DNA of 64,000 bases from Candidatus Micrarchaeota archaeon (GTDB lineage: Archaea > Micrarchaeota > Micrarchaeia > Micrarchaeales > CABMGC01), in NCBI GenBank assembly GCA_023270055.1, contig JAGDYB010000019.1, forward strand, positions 32,129 through 96,128. The letters are read 5' to 3'. Each line of letters starts with the position of its first letter. Positions within the stretch are counted from its first letter, which is position 1. Shown here in pieces: positions 1 to 9,786 of the stretch. A model generated the notes under the pieces. The model did not search any database. It was not told the origin of the DNA and saw only the letters and a list, made by a program, of their open reading frames with translations. A program made the position numbers and the translations under genes.

Positions 1-15
1 TGCTTCTGTAGTGCG

Positions 16-1422
16 TTATGCGTTTTTCTTGTATTGTGCATACCTATAGAGCTCGTAAAGCGATTTGGTTGCTGCCATTGGTGAATCGTATACCGGCAGC
101 CCTCCGCTCTCCATCATGATTTTCTGCATCTGCGTATAGTCTCCTCCAGGGCTTATCACTATCATTGGTTTTTCCATATTTTCTTTTTTGTGTATCAGTG
201 CTGCAGCTACGGATGAATCGGCGCCAGGTGTCTGGAATAGCGTTATTACGATTAGCATATCTACATTAGGATCCTTTGAAACTATGTCGACCGCTTTCTC
301 AAATCTTTCTTTGTCAGCATCTCCTGCCAGATCGAGCGGCAGCCTTATGTTTACAATTGGCGGCATGTACTTCTTCAACTCATTCTTTGTCTCGTCGCTC
401 AACTGTGTAAGCGTGAGTCCGCTTTCGTACACTGCGTCGGTAGTTAGTACCCCAGTGCCGCCTCCATTGGTTATTATTGCAACCCTGTTGCCTTCAGGAA
501 GGTTTTCCGAATCAAATATCTTTGCGTAGTAAAGGAGTTCGCTCAGATCTTTTGCTATGCTAAAGCCAAACTGCCTGAATGCAGCTTCATAGACCTCATG
601 GTTTCCGGCTAATGCCGCAGTATGCGAATGCGCAGCAGCTGCGCCCATCTCTGTGGCCCCAGCCTTTATCACAATTATAGGTTTGATTTTCGTCACTTTT
701 TTTGCTACCTCTATAAATTCCTTTCCGCGATTTATTCCCTCGATATACATGACTATTACTTTTGTGTCTTTGTCCTTCATAAGGTAGTTAAGTATGTCTA
801 CCTCGTCTATATACGCAGCATTGCCGTACGATATGAATTTTGCGAGCCCAAACCCCTCCTTCGAAATAAGGTCAAGTATCGTGCTGCCCACTGCACCGCT
901 CTGCGACACGAAGCTAACGCCGCCGACCTTCGGTCTGTTCAGCTTGTATGTAGGCAGGAAAAGGGTGTCAATTCTTGTCCTTGGATCCATCACGCCAAGA
1001 CAGTTAGGCCCGAGCATTGCTATCCTATACTTTTTCGCTATCTCTACTATCCTGTTCTGCAGATCTACATTGCCAACTTCCGCAAAGCCACCGCTTACCA
1101 CTACCGCGCTCTTCACACCCGCCTTGCCGCATTCCTCAAGTATCTGCGGCACTATTGGCGCCGGAAGCGCAATAACCGCAAGATCCACCTTTTCTTTTAT
1201 GTCAAGTATACTCTTGTAGGTTCTGAGTCCAAGTATAGTGTCTGTTTTATTGTTCACTGGAAACAGCTTTCCAGAATAGCCCGCATCGATGTAGTTCTGC
1301 AATATGACGTGCCCCACTTTGTCCGGATCCCTCGAAGCGCCTATAACCGCGACGCTTTTCGGGTTAAGCAGAGGAGTCAAATCTATATCCTTGGTCCTTT
1401 CGGTTTGCTTCATAATTATCAC
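16..1422 (-). CDS. acdA: ADP-forming acetyl-CoA synthetase, alpha subunit (CoA-binding plus CoA-ligase domains)
   Basis: 468-aa ORF. N-terminal CoA-binding Rossmann segment 'PKSVAVIGASRDPDKVGHV'. Succinyl-CoA-synthetase-like phospho-His loop 'AAAHSHTAALAG'. Its start overlaps the stop of the upstream beta-subunit gene by 4 nt. Confidence 0.8.
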   Translation of the reverse strand: MIIMKQTERTKDIDLTPLLNPKSVAVIGASRDPDKVGHVILQNYIDAGYSGKLFPVNNKTDTILGLRTYKSILDIKEKVDLAVIALPAPIVPQILEECGKAGVKSAVVVSGGFAEVGNVDLQNRIVEIAKKYRIAMLGPNCLGVMDPRTRIDTLFLPTYKLNRPKVGGVSFVSQSGAVGSTILDLISKEGFGLAKFISYGNAAYIDEVDILNYLMKDKDTKVIVMYIEGINRGKEFIEVAKKVTKIKPIIVIKAGATEMGAAAAHSHTAALAGNHEVYEAAFRQFGFSIAKDLSELLYYAKIFDSENLPEGNRVAIITNGGGTGVLTTDAVYESGLTLTQLSDETKNELKKYMPPIVNIRLPLDLAGDADKERFEKAVDIVSKDPNVDMLIVITLFQTPGADSSVAAALIHKKENMEKPMIVISPGGDYTQMQKIMMESGGLPVYDSPMAATKSLYELYRYAQYKKNA

Positions 1423-2042
1423 TTCAACATCCTTATGTCAACCACAGAATAGTCACTTTCCCTGACTATCACTGGGTTTAGGTCAAGCTCGCTTATGCTG
1501 TTTTCAGTCAGGAGCTTGTCTACCTTCAACAGCAGGTTCACAACCATTTCAGTCGCCTTGCCATTCTGCGTAACAATCTGCTTTGACTTGAGCTGGTTGA
1601 GCATTTCATTTGCATCATACCTCTTTATTGGGCATATTCTTATGGCAACATCCTTGAACGCTTCAACATATATCCCTCCAATGCCAATCATTATTATCTT
1701 TCCAAACTGCGGGTCTTCCCTACCTCCGATTATTATCTCGTTTCCGGGCTTTGCCATTTTCTGCACAATTATGCTATAAGGTTTCAATTCAGCCGCTTTT
1801 CTATACAGCTCGTTGAATGCATCTGTAATCTGCTTTTCGCCGCTGAGGCCCAACTTTACCACTCCCGCTTTCGTCTTATGCAAAGCTTTTTCAGAAAGCA
1901 CCTTCATAACTATCTGCTCGTTCCCCGCAAACTTCACCGCCTCGGCCGCACTCTTTACGTACTTGCTTTCTATCGTGTTTATTCCATATTTGTTTAATAG
2001 CCTAGCGGCTTCCATATAATCTACTAGCCCCATTGCAACCAC
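1419..2042 (-). CDS. acdB: ADP-forming acetyl-CoA synthetase, beta subunit (ATP-grasp)
   Basis: 207-aa ORF with an ATP-grasp-like N-terminus ('AARLLNKYGINTIESKYVKSAAEAVKFA'). Translationally coupled to the alpha subunit. Confidence 0.7.
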   Translation of the reverse strand: MVAMGLVDYMEAARLLNKYGINTIESKYVKSAAEAVKFAGNEQIVMKVLSEKALHKTKAGVVKLGLSGEKQITDAFNELYRKAAELKPYSIIVQKMAKPGNEIIIGGREDPQFGKIIMIGIGGIYVEAFKDVAIRICPIKRYDANEMLNQLKSKQIVTQNGKATEMVVNLLLKVDKLLTENSISELDLNPVIVRESDYSVVDIRMLK

Positions 2043-2046
2043 ATCA

Positions 2047-2715
2047 TCATATTATTCCTTTAATATAAAGAACGTAAAGCAGGATTAGAATAAGCACAAT
2101 TGTTGCAATTATCTGCGCCTTCCGCTCCGTTTTGATTGTTTTTTTCTGCTCGTTGATTGCATGTATAACTTGTTCGTCAATATCCTGCTTGCTTACTGCT
2201 GTTTCATTAACTTTACCTCCCTCGGTTTTAGACACATTTTGCGCCTGCGATGGCTGTATCTCCTTTATCTTCAGGAATCCGCTTTCTGTCAGCATTATTT
2301 CTGCGCCACCGTTCTTGAGCTCGTAGATCACATAACCTTGCTTGTAGAGCTTGTAAATCCTTAGCGCAAGCACCGAAGCGCCGATATTGAGCGATGCAGC
2401 AAGCTCCAGCGGAAGCCTTTTCCCGCCAGCAAGCTGTTTAAGTACTTCGCTGTCAAGCGCATCGAAAGGCTCCTTGCTTTTTGCTTCAGCCTCCTCTATT
2501 ACCTTTTTGCCAGCATCGGTAAGCACTATCTTGCTCGGCTCCGAATAGTTTGAAGTGAAATCTATGAGCCCTTTCTGCTTTAGCGTGCCTGCCATGTTTA
2601 CGGCATCGAAGTAGCTTGCATTTATGAGCCCTCCCAACTTCTCTAGCACAGTGTCGGGCGTTATCTTAAGGAGGCAAGCAAGGTCCATAAAAGTAATGCT
2701 AGAGTCGGTTGCCAT
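2047..2715 (-). CDS. Hypothetical protein: two winged-helix-like segments and a C-terminal TM anchor
   Basis: The track ORF is 2047..2793. The first 26 codons are Cys-rich junk, so I prefer the internal ATG at 2715 ('MATDSSITFMDLA'). C-terminal hydrophobic helix 'IIATIVLILILLYVLYI'. Ends 4 nt upstream of acdB. Confidence 0.45.
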   Translation of the reverse strand: MATDSSITFMDLACLLKITPDTVLEKLGGLINASYFDAVNMAGTLKQKGLIDFTSNYSEPSKIVLTDAGKKVIEEAEAKSKEPFDALDSEVLKQLAGGKRLPLELAASLNIGASVLALRIYKLYKQGYVIYELKNGGAEIMLTESGFLKIKEIQPSQAQNVSKTEGGKVNETAVSKQDIDEQVIHAINEQKKTIKTERKAQIIATIVLILILLYVLYIKGII

Positions 2716-2940
2716 TTCATCATTAAAACATACACGGGCTAAATTTAAAATGCTTTCTAGTTTTGAAATTGCCACGCAGCATTTGCAACGCAATTCGCTT
2801 TATTTCGCAATCCATTGCATATTTGCAACGCGCATGTGTTTGTGGAGCCGGCGCAGGCAAGCAAACAAAAGTATATAAAGATGAAATTACAGGTTTTTCA
2901 ATAGCAGTGCAATAGCTATCGGCGCGCATCAACGTCCCGT

Positions 2941-4218
2941 GTGCTGCACGCAGAATGCAGTGGTGTATTGAAAATACAATTTCTTGGCGGCGCCTCGGAA
3001 GTCGGGCGTTCGGCAATACTGCTCAAAGGAGACAAAAACATAATGCTCGATTATGGACTAAAAGTAAACAGCAAGCAGGAATATCCTCTTAATCCGGGCA
3101 AAGTCGCGGCAATTATACTGAGTCATGCGCATCTTGATCACTGCGGATCTATACCTATTTTGTACAACTACGCTCTTCCCGTAACGTTTGGAACGCCCCC
3201 AACTCAAGATTTAAGCAGGTTGCTCATAGAGGATTCGCTACAATTGAGCCGCAAATTGCATACAAAAGCGAAATATACAAAGCGGCAGGTGTTCTCTTTC
3301 ATCAACAAGTATGCAGCCTATGACTATGGCCAGCAGATAGAATTCGACAACAAAAACATAACCTTTTATGATGCGGGGCATATTGCAGGAAGCGCAGTAA
3401 CCCTGCTCGAAAACGCAAATTCTGGCAGGCGTATAGTATATACTGGAGATTTCAAGCTGCATCCGCAATTTCTTCAAGGTAGTGCGGAAATAGTCGAAAG
3501 CGACACACTCATAATAGAGTCCACATACGCCACCAGGAAGCATCCTGACAGGGAGAAGCTCATCGAACAGTTTGTTGAAGATGTTAAAGCCACGGTTGAA
3601 AGCGGCGGTATAGCGCTCATTCCCAGTTTCGCTGTTGGAAGAGCGCAAGAAATAGTTTCTATCTTGTATAAAAACAATCTCATAGATAACACATTCATAG
3701 ATGGCATGGCCAAAGCTGCTACGGACATTGTTTTGAGATATCCAAAATTCTCCAAGAACAAAAATATTTTGGTTTCGGCAATGAAAAATATACAATGGAT
3801 AGACAGCACAAAAAGCAGAAACTTGGCGCTGCAGCAAAGTTCGATAATAGTTACAACCGCCGGCATGCTGAATGGCGGCCCCGTTCTTTACTACATAGAA
3901 AGACTTAACAAGAATTCAAAAATATTCCTTACTGGTTATCAAGTAGAAGGAACAAACGGGAGGAGGCTTCTTGAGGGCAAGCCCATCCTGATAGACGGTA
4001 GGAAATTTGCAGTGAAAACTCCTTTTACGTTTTACGATTTCTCCGCGCATGCCGACAGCGAAGACCTGCACCAGTACGTGAAGGGCAGCAACCCAGAAAA
4101 GGTCATATGCGTGCACGGAGACAGCGACGCTGCCCAAACGTTTGCAGAAACATTAAAAATAGAGGGCTTCGATGCCCAAGCGCCAAAGATAGGCGAGGAA
4201 ATAAGCGTGGATTTTTGA
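2941..4218 (+). CDS. Metallo-beta-lactamase / beta-CASP ribonuclease (aCPSF2-like, no KH domains)
   Basis: MBL motif 'SHAHLDHCG', N-terminal 'LGGASEVGRS', C-terminal 'FSAHAD' and 'VHGD' beta-CASP motifs. 425 aa. The track start is GTG; an in-frame TTG at 2968 ('KIQFLGG') is an alternative start. Confidence 0.8.
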   Translation: MLHAECSGVLKIQFLGGASEVGRSAILLKGDKNIMLDYGLKVNSKQEYPLNPGKVAAIILSHAHLDHCGSIPILYNYALPVTFGTPPTQDLSRLLIEDSLQLSRKLHTKAKYTKRQVFSFINKYAAYDYGQQIEFDNKNITFYDAGHIAGSAVTLLENANSGRRIVYTGDFKLHPQFLQGSAEIVESDTLIIESTYATRKHPDREKLIEQFVEDVKATVESGGIALIPSFAVGRAQEIVSILYKNNLIDNTFIDGMAKAATDIVLRYPKFSKNKNILVSAMKNIQWIDSTKSRNLALQQSSIIVTTAGMLNGGPVLYYIERLNKNSKIFLTGYQVEGTNGRRLLEGKPILIDGRKFAVKTPFTFYDFSAHADSEDLHQYVKGSNPEKVICVHGDSDAAQTFAETLKIEGFDAQAPKIGEEISVDF

Positions 4219-4229
4219 ACCTGCGCTAT

Positions 4230-4601
4230 TTACATCTGGTCTTCTTCTAGACCTCCTCCTTCATCATCTTCCGGCTCGTCGCCTTCTGATGATTCCTTTC
4301 CCCCAGCACCTTTTTCTATTACTTCAAGCTTACCATATTTTCCGGTTGACATCTGCGGCGTTCCCCTGAATTCGCTCACATATCCGTTTGTTATCCTTAC
4401 CTTGTCCCCAACATCTACCTTATCTATGTCATCTCCCCATAGCGACATGCCTATGCTTCCAGTATCATCTTTCAGCACAACATGGGCCACTGTAAGCTTT
4501 TTTCCATATTTTGTCACAACTTCTCTTGAATCCTCTTTTTCTACGACAACTGCATCTATAGTGACATTTGATGCACCTGCCTTCAGATCGCTTATTTTCA
4601 T
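4230..4601 (-). CDS. ssb: Single-OB-fold ssDNA-binding protein with acidic C-terminal tail
   Basis: 123 aa. OB-fold core ('VVLKDDTGSIGMSLWGDDIDKVDVGDKVRITNGYVSEFRG') followed by a Gly/Glu/Asp-rich tail 'EGDEPEDDEGGGLEEDQM'. Confidence 0.7.
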   Translation of the reverse strand: MKISDLKAGASNVTIDAVVVEKEDSREVVTKYGKKLTVAHVVLKDDTGSIGMSLWGDDIDKVDVGDKVRITNGYVSEFRGTPQMSTGKYGKLEVIEKGAGGKESSEGDEPEDDEGGGLEEDQM

Positions 4602-4701
4602 ATTATCACTGACTTTTTGGTTTAATCCAATAATTGGCTTAAGACCAATATTATAAATTAATATAATGATAAAGTATAAAATAGTGTAACATAGCCTAGC
4701 C

Positions 4702-5520
4702 GTGTATGGTGAGTATTTGGTAGAAAATTACAACCCAGAAAACATAGACGTTAAAAAGGTACATCCATCATTCGCAAACGTGATATCTGAAAGGGAGACG
4801 GTTAAGAGGAAGTTTCAGGGCGTGAAGCATAAAATAGGGGTATATAGCGCGAAAGGTGGTGTTGGCAAGACAACAGTAGCTGTTAATCTTGCATATGCGC
4901 TGAGCCTGATGGGAAAAAAGGTGGGTTTGATAGATGCAGACATCGACTGCCCAAACATAACGGAATTTTTGGGCATAAAAGAAAAGCAAAATGGCGCATA
5001 TCCCTTGAAGCCTATTGAGAAGAGCGGCGTAAAGGTCATATCTACTGATATGTTTGTGGCGGACAAGCGCGAGCCAATAATATGGCGCGGGCCGCTAATT
5101 GCAAAGATGATAAAGGATTTTCTGATGAATACTGATTGGGGAGATCTCGACTACCTGATTATAGATTTGCCTCCTGGCACAAGCGATGCGCCGCTGTCCA
5201 TAATGCAGTTGCTTAATCTTGACGGATTCATTCTTGTTACGACCCCACAGCATATATCAGCGCTTAATACAATACGGTCTGGAAAAATGATAGCGAAGAT
5301 GGGGGTTGCAGTACTCGGCGTGGTTGAGAACATGTCAGAAGACGATAGTTCCGGCCAAAAAGGCGCGCGCGAGGTGGCGTCTGAATTGGGCTGCGACATA
5401 CTGGGCAGCATAAAATTCGACAAAAGACTCAGCGAATACAGCGATTCAGGGAAAATTCCAGTGCTGGAAAGTGAGCAATTCAAGGGCATTTTCACGAAAA
5501 TAGCAGAAAAGTTGGAGTGA
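4702..5520 (+). CDS. Mrp/NBP35-family P-loop ATPase (Fe-S cluster carrier)
   Basis: Deviant Walker A 'YSAKGGVGKTTVAVNLA' and 'YLIIDLPPGTSD'. 272 aa. Confidence 0.85.
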   Translation: MYGEYLVENYNPENIDVKKVHPSFANVISERETVKRKFQGVKHKIGVYSAKGGVGKTTVAVNLAYALSLMGKKVGLIDADIDCPNITEFLGIKEKQNGAYPLKPIEKSGVKVISTDMFVADKREPIIWRGPLIAKMIKDFLMNTDWGDLDYLIIDLPPGTSDAPLSIMQLLNLDGFILVTTPQHISALNTIRSGKMIAKMGVAVLGVVENMSEDDSSGQKGAREVASELGCDILGSIKFDKRLSEYSDSGKIPVLESEQFKGIFTKIAEKLE

Positions 5521-5632
5521 AGTGCAGCAAACAGCATACGCTTCTATAAATTCAAAAATAGTTATTAATTTAAATTAATTTGGCAGATATAATAAATAAT
5601 CTGCATAATATAAGTCCTGCAGGAAGATATAC

Positions 5633-6859
5633 ATGTCAGAACCCTTTTCAAACATACTCAAAGAATCGCAAATCTTCGCCAATAGGGACGTTCTGTCGCC
5701 GCATTATATACCGGACAGCTTGCTCTTCAGGGACAAGCAAATAAGCAGCATAGTAAAATACATAACACCTTCTTTGAAGGGGGAAAGGGGCAGAAATTTG
5801 TTCATATATGGCAAAACAGGCACAGGAAAGACATCTTGCATGAGGTACGTTATAGAAAAAATCAAAGCAATACCTGAAGTAAAGGCGCGCATATCCTACA
5901 TAAATTGCAGGATTTACAACTCGCGGTTCAGGGTGCTCAGCAAGATAATAAGCGACAACCTTCCGACATATGCCAAGCGCGGATATGGTATAGTGGAGCT
6001 GTACGAGAAGCTCATAAATTGGATAGAAGAAGACGGCAAAATATTCGTGGTAGTGCTTGACGAGATAGACATGGTAAAAGATCTTGACGATCTCATCTAC
6101 ACGCTGACCAGGGCAAACAGTGACATACGCAGTGGCGGAATAACTATAGTAGGCATATCAAACAAGATATCGTTCAAGGACGAACTTGACCCAAGAAGCC
6201 TATCCACGCTCTACGAGAACGAGCTTGTGTTTCCGCCATACAATTCCAATGAACTTGCCGCCATACTGAAGCAGCGCGCCGAATTGGGATTTAAGAAAGA
6301 TGTTATTGATCAGGCGGCAATAAATCTGGCGGCGGCAATATCCGCAAAAGAAAGCGGCGATGCAAGATTCGCCCTGAAAATACTGTCAAAAGCAGGAGAA
6401 ATAGCAGAGGAGGAAAGCAGGCCAAAGGTCACAACAAAAGAGATTGAGGAAGCATCCAGATCTGCGGAGGAAGATGTTGCATACGAGCTTATTAGTACGT
6501 TGCCTGAACACCAGAAGTTGGTTATATATGCAATAGCTCTTCTAACGCTGCAAGGGAGTAGGTACAAGAAGCTAATGGATGGAGCCGAAACGTATTTGTT
6601 CAGCGGAGAGGTATATGACAAATACGTAGACGTGTCAAATGCGCTCAACAAGGATCCTAAAAGTTCGCGGTGGTACAGGAAATACCTTGCAGATTTGGAA
6701 ATGCAGGGCCTTATAGCGACGTATGAGTCTGGCAAAGGAATAAGAGGGCACACAAAACTGATAAAACTCTCGTATTCGCCAGAAAAGATAAAGTCAACCA
6801 TAGAAAAGGAGCTATTCAAGGAGAACGAGGCGGAAGGGAAGGAAACAAGTATGATTTGA
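5633..6859 (+). CDS. cdc6: Orc1/Cdc6 replication initiator
   Basis: Walker A 'YGKTGTGKTSCMRY', Walker B 'VVVLDEIDM', C-terminal winged-helix region. 408 aa. Confidence 0.9.
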   Translation: MSEPFSNILKESQIFANRDVLSPHYIPDSLLFRDKQISSIVKYITPSLKGERGRNLFIYGKTGTGKTSCMRYVIEKIKAIPEVKARISYINCRIYNSRFRVLSKIISDNLPTYAKRGYGIVELYEKLINWIEEDGKIFVVVLDEIDMVKDLDDLIYTLTRANSDIRSGGITIVGISNKISFKDELDPRSLSTLYENELVFPPYNSNELAAILKQRAELGFKKDVIDQAAINLAAAISAKESGDARFALKILSKAGEIAEEESRPKVTTKEIEEASRSAEEDVAYELISTLPEHQKLVIYAIALLTLQGSRYKKLMDGAETYLFSGEVYDKYVDVSNALNKDPKSSRWYRKYLADLEMQGLIATYESGKGIRGHTKLIKLSYSPEKIKSTIEKELFKENEAEGKETSMI

Positions 6860-7407
6860 TGAAACTTTTTGACATCGCCTTTATAGAGATTGAAGATCAG
6901 CTCGCAAATGCCCTTGGTTTTGCCCGTATATACGCAGATAGAACAGACCTGAACATTGCTACAACCAAGCCGGCAAGCCTACAGCCAAACACGCTCATGG
7001 ATGTTAGCTTTGCGCAGCATACAGTCAAAAATAAAAATGTGATCGGATTTGTGGCCGGATCCGAAGCGATCGACAGAAAAACAATAAGCATGCTCAAGGA
7101 AAACGACAAGCCATTGTTTTTCAACGTGAGCATATTGCTAGACGAGACTAGAGCAATCCCTGCAATATATTCGTTCAAGCAGAGTTATGCATATGCAAGC
7201 AAAATAGGGGCAAAATGTTCAGTAGCATCATTTGCAAGGGATATGGACACTCTGTTTTCCGCGGCACAGCTGATAGAAATAGCGAAGCTCATAGGCGCAA
7301 AGGAGGACACGGAAGCAAAAAGCATGCTGGGCCTTGCAGGCAAAATGCTAGGGAGCAGGCGAATCAAGCGGGAGGGAAAGGAAGCAAGTGAATCGCATGA
7401 TAATTAA
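6859..7407 (+). CDS. rnp3: RNase P protein component 3 (Rpp30-like), short form
   Basis: Occupies the first position of the conserved superoperon, just upstream of Pop5 and PsmA. Weak Rpp30-like pattern ('KENDKPLFFNVSILL', 'ASFARDMDTLFSAAQLIEIAKLIG'). The ATG at 6859 overlaps the Orc1 stop (TGATG). Confidence 0.5.
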   Translation: MKLFDIAFIEIEDQLANALGFARIYADRTDLNIATTKPASLQPNTLMDVSFAQHTVKNKNVIGFVAGSEAIDRKTISMLKENDKPLFFNVSILLDETRAIPAIYSFKQSYAYASKIGAKCSVASFARDMDTLFSAAQLIEIAKLIGAKEDTEAKSMLGLAGKMLGSRRIKREGKEASESHDN

Positions 7408-7729
7408 AAAGAAGGTAAGGTACGTGCTGGTCTATGCATCAAAGCCAGTGAACATGGAGCAAAGCAATGCAAAAAATTTTCTGTACCAGAAATTGCTTGC
7501 AGTTTGCGGAATAAAATGCTATTCCGCTATGCGCCCAAAGGTAGTGGAGCAGCTCGGCGAAAACAAATTCATACTACGCATAAGCAGAGGCAGCGAGCGC
7601 GATGCTGTGCTTGCGCTTGCCTTTATCAGGAGCATGCCGGTGCTGGGAAGTATAGGCTTCTACTCCTTGAAGACATCAGGAACACTCAAAGCGCTGAAAA
7701 AGAAAGAATTATATAAGTATAACGTGTAA
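7397..7729 (+). CDS. rnp2: RNase P protein component 2 (Pop5-like)
   Basis: About 110 aa beginning 'MIIKKKVRYVLVY'. Conserved position between Rpp30 and the proteasome alpha subunit. Overlaps the upstream gene by 11 nt. Confidence 0.5.
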   Translation: MIIKKKVRYVLVYASKPVNMEQSNAKNFLYQKLLAVCGIKCYSAMRPKVVEQLGENKFILRISRGSERDAVLALAFIRSMPVLGSIGFYSLKTSGTLKALKKKELYKYNV

Positions 7730-7770
7730 TTATTATTTCAAAGGCATTTTGCACTATTTATAGTGATATT

Positions 7771-8466
7771 ATGTATCCAAACGTACAAGCATATGACAGG
7801 GGGGTTATGTTTAACCCAGATGGTAGACTTTTCCAAGTAGAATACGCAAAGGAGGCAGTAAGGAAAGGCGCCACATCTATAGGAATGGTAACAGAAAACG
7901 GAGTGGTCTTCGTTGCACATAAAAATGTCACAGACCCCCTTGCGGTTCCAAGCACCATACAAAAAGTTTTTACCATAGACTCTACTATTGGCGGCACATA
8001 CAGCGGCATGGTAGCTGATGGGCTGCACATAATATCCACTGCAAGATCCACAGCTCAGAATCACAAGTTTGTTTACAATGAGCCCAAGTCGATAGAGGCG
8101 ATAGCAAAGGAGATTTCCTCATACATGATGCAGGCAACGCAGTATGGTGGCATAAGGCCGTACGCTGTATCTGTGCTAATAGGCGGAATAGATACATCGC
8201 CAAGGCTGTTCGAGATAGAACCTGGCGCATCCTTCCTGGGCTACAGTGCAGATGCAATAGGTGCAGGCAAGAAAACTGCCACGGAAATACTGCTAAAGGA
8301 ATACAAAAAAGAAATGAAAACAGACGAGGCCATAAGCCTTGGCATCAAGATAATAAAGAAGATAAACGAGGGAAAACTGCTCGAGGAAAATGTGGACATA
8401 GGTTACGTCGAAGACGGAAAGCAGTTTGTCATACTTAATACAGATCAGATTGCCAAATACCTGTAA
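7771..8466 (+). CDS. psmA: Proteasome alpha subunit
   Basis: N-terminal signature 'YDRGVMFNPDGRLFQVEYAKEAV'. 231 aa. Confidence 0.95.
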   Translation: MYPNVQAYDRGVMFNPDGRLFQVEYAKEAVRKGATSIGMVTENGVVFVAHKNVTDPLAVPSTIQKVFTIDSTIGGTYSGMVADGLHIISTARSTAQNHKFVYNEPKSIEAIAKEISSYMMQATQYGGIRPYAVSVLIGGIDTSPRLFEIEPGASFLGYSADAIGAGKKTATEILLKEYKKEMKTDEAISLGIKIIKKINEGKLLEENVDIGYVEDGKQFVILNTDQIAKYL

Positions 8467-8474
8467 TATCTTAT

Positions 8475-9182
8475 ATGTCAAATGTGGTACAGATGTCTTC
8501 TAAGACAGTCATAGCAAAATATAGCGCGCAAGGGGAAACGTTTGAGATATTCGTCGATTCTGAGATTGCGTACGAATACATAACAAACAAAAGACAGGAT
8601 CCGCTTTCTGCGCTCACCGTTGAGGAGGTGTTCAAGGATGCGAACAAAGGAGAGCGTCAAAGCCAGGACAAGATACAGAAGGTTTTCAAGACTTCAGACC
8701 TGTCAAAAATCGTAGAGGTCATACTCAAGAACGGCAACGTGCCACTCACCACTGAACAGCGTAATAAGATGCTTGAGGACAAAAGGAAGCAGATAATAAA
8801 CATCATAGCGAGAAACGCCGTTGATCCAAAAACAGGCATACCGCATCCAGCACAGAGAATAGAAAATGCTATGGTGGAAGCAAAAGTGAGCATAGATCCT
8901 TTCAAGCCAGCCACGGAACAGATAAACGACATACTGAAAAAGTTAAACCTCATATTGCCAATAAAGTTCTCCACAGCGAACGTGGAGGTGAGGATTCCTG
9001 CTGAATCGGCAAGCAGATGCTACGGTCTGCTGAAGCAGTATGGCCTCAAGCATGAGGAATGGCAGAAGGACGGTTCGCTGCTTGCAAGACTTGAGTTTCC
9101 TGCTGGTTTGCAATCTGAGTTCTTCGACAAGCTCAACGCTTTGACACATGGAAATGTTGAAACCAAAATAATCAGTGTTTGA
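8475..9182 (+). CDS. sdo1: SBDS/Sdo1-family ribosome maturation protein
   Basis: 235 aa with an FYSH-like N-terminus ('VIAKYSAQGETFEIFVD'). Conserved position after psmA. Confidence 0.8.
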   Translation: MSNVVQMSSKTVIAKYSAQGETFEIFVDSEIAYEYITNKRQDPLSALTVEEVFKDANKGERQSQDKIQKVFKTSDLSKIVEVILKNGNVPLTTEQRNKMLEDKRKQIINIIARNAVDPKTGIPHPAQRIENAMVEAKVSIDPFKPATEQINDILKKLNLILPIKFSTANVEVRIPAESASRCYGLLKQYGLKHEEWQKDGSLLARLEFPAGLQSEFFDKLNALTHGNVETKIISV

Positions 9183-9183
9183 A

Positions 9184-9786
9184 ATGAACAGAATAATAGT
9201 ACCAGGAGAAGTTATAGCAGAAAAAGAAATAAGGATGCCATATACCTATACCGAAGGTGGCAAGACCTACTCTACAGTGCTTGGTATCTACGAGGCGGAG
9301 CATTCAAGTATCATCCCTTTGGAGGGGCTCTGGAGTCCAAACAGGGACGATGACGTAGTAGGCATAGTAGAAGAGGACAAAGGCAGCGTGTATATTGTTG
9401 ATTTAAACTCGCCCTACACAGGTGTAATCATATCTAAATTCTCCCAGACAGAACTCGCTCCAGGAGATGTCATATACGCAAAGGTAAAGGAGTTCGACGA
9501 GAAAAAGGAAGTGATACTAATGCATCCTAGGAAGCTTTATGGGGGCAAAATAATAAATGTTAAGCCATCAAAAGTTCCGAGGATAATAGGCAACAAAAAC
9601 ACGATGCTCAATGAACTGATACAAGGATCTAAGTCAAACATAATAGTAGGTATGAACGGCATGTTGTGGGTAAAGGGCGGCGATGTTGCGCTAGCCACAG
9701 AAGCCATACTTAAGATACAAGAAGAAGCACATACTCAAGGTTTGACGGACAGAATAAAGAAAATGTTTGAAAAAACAGGTGTTTAA
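9184..9786 (+). CDS. rrp4: Exosome RNA-binding subunit Rrp4 (S1/KH)
   Basis: 'IVPGEVIA' N-terminus, S1-like 'GDVIYAKV', KH-like 'IIGNKNTMLNELIQGSKSNIIVGMNGMLWV'. I prefer the ATG at 9184 over the track's GTG at 9175. Confidence 0.75.
   Translation: MNRIIVPGEVIAEKEIRMPYTYTEGGKTYSTVLGIYEAEHSSIIPLEGLWSPNRDDDVVGIVEEDKGSVYIVDLNSPYTGVIISKFSQTELAPGDVIYAKVKEFDEKKEVILMHPRKLYGGKIINVKPSKVPRIIGNKNTMLNELIQGSKSNIIVGMNGMLWVKGGDVALATEAILKIQEEAHTQGLTDRIKKMFEKTGV

Noticed and set aside
622-1452. 276-aa plus-strand ORF, together with 188-529 and 794-1219.
   Set aside because: Antisense shadow ORFs inside the well-supported acdA gene. The composition is Cys/Arg/Tyr-rich and no motifs are present.
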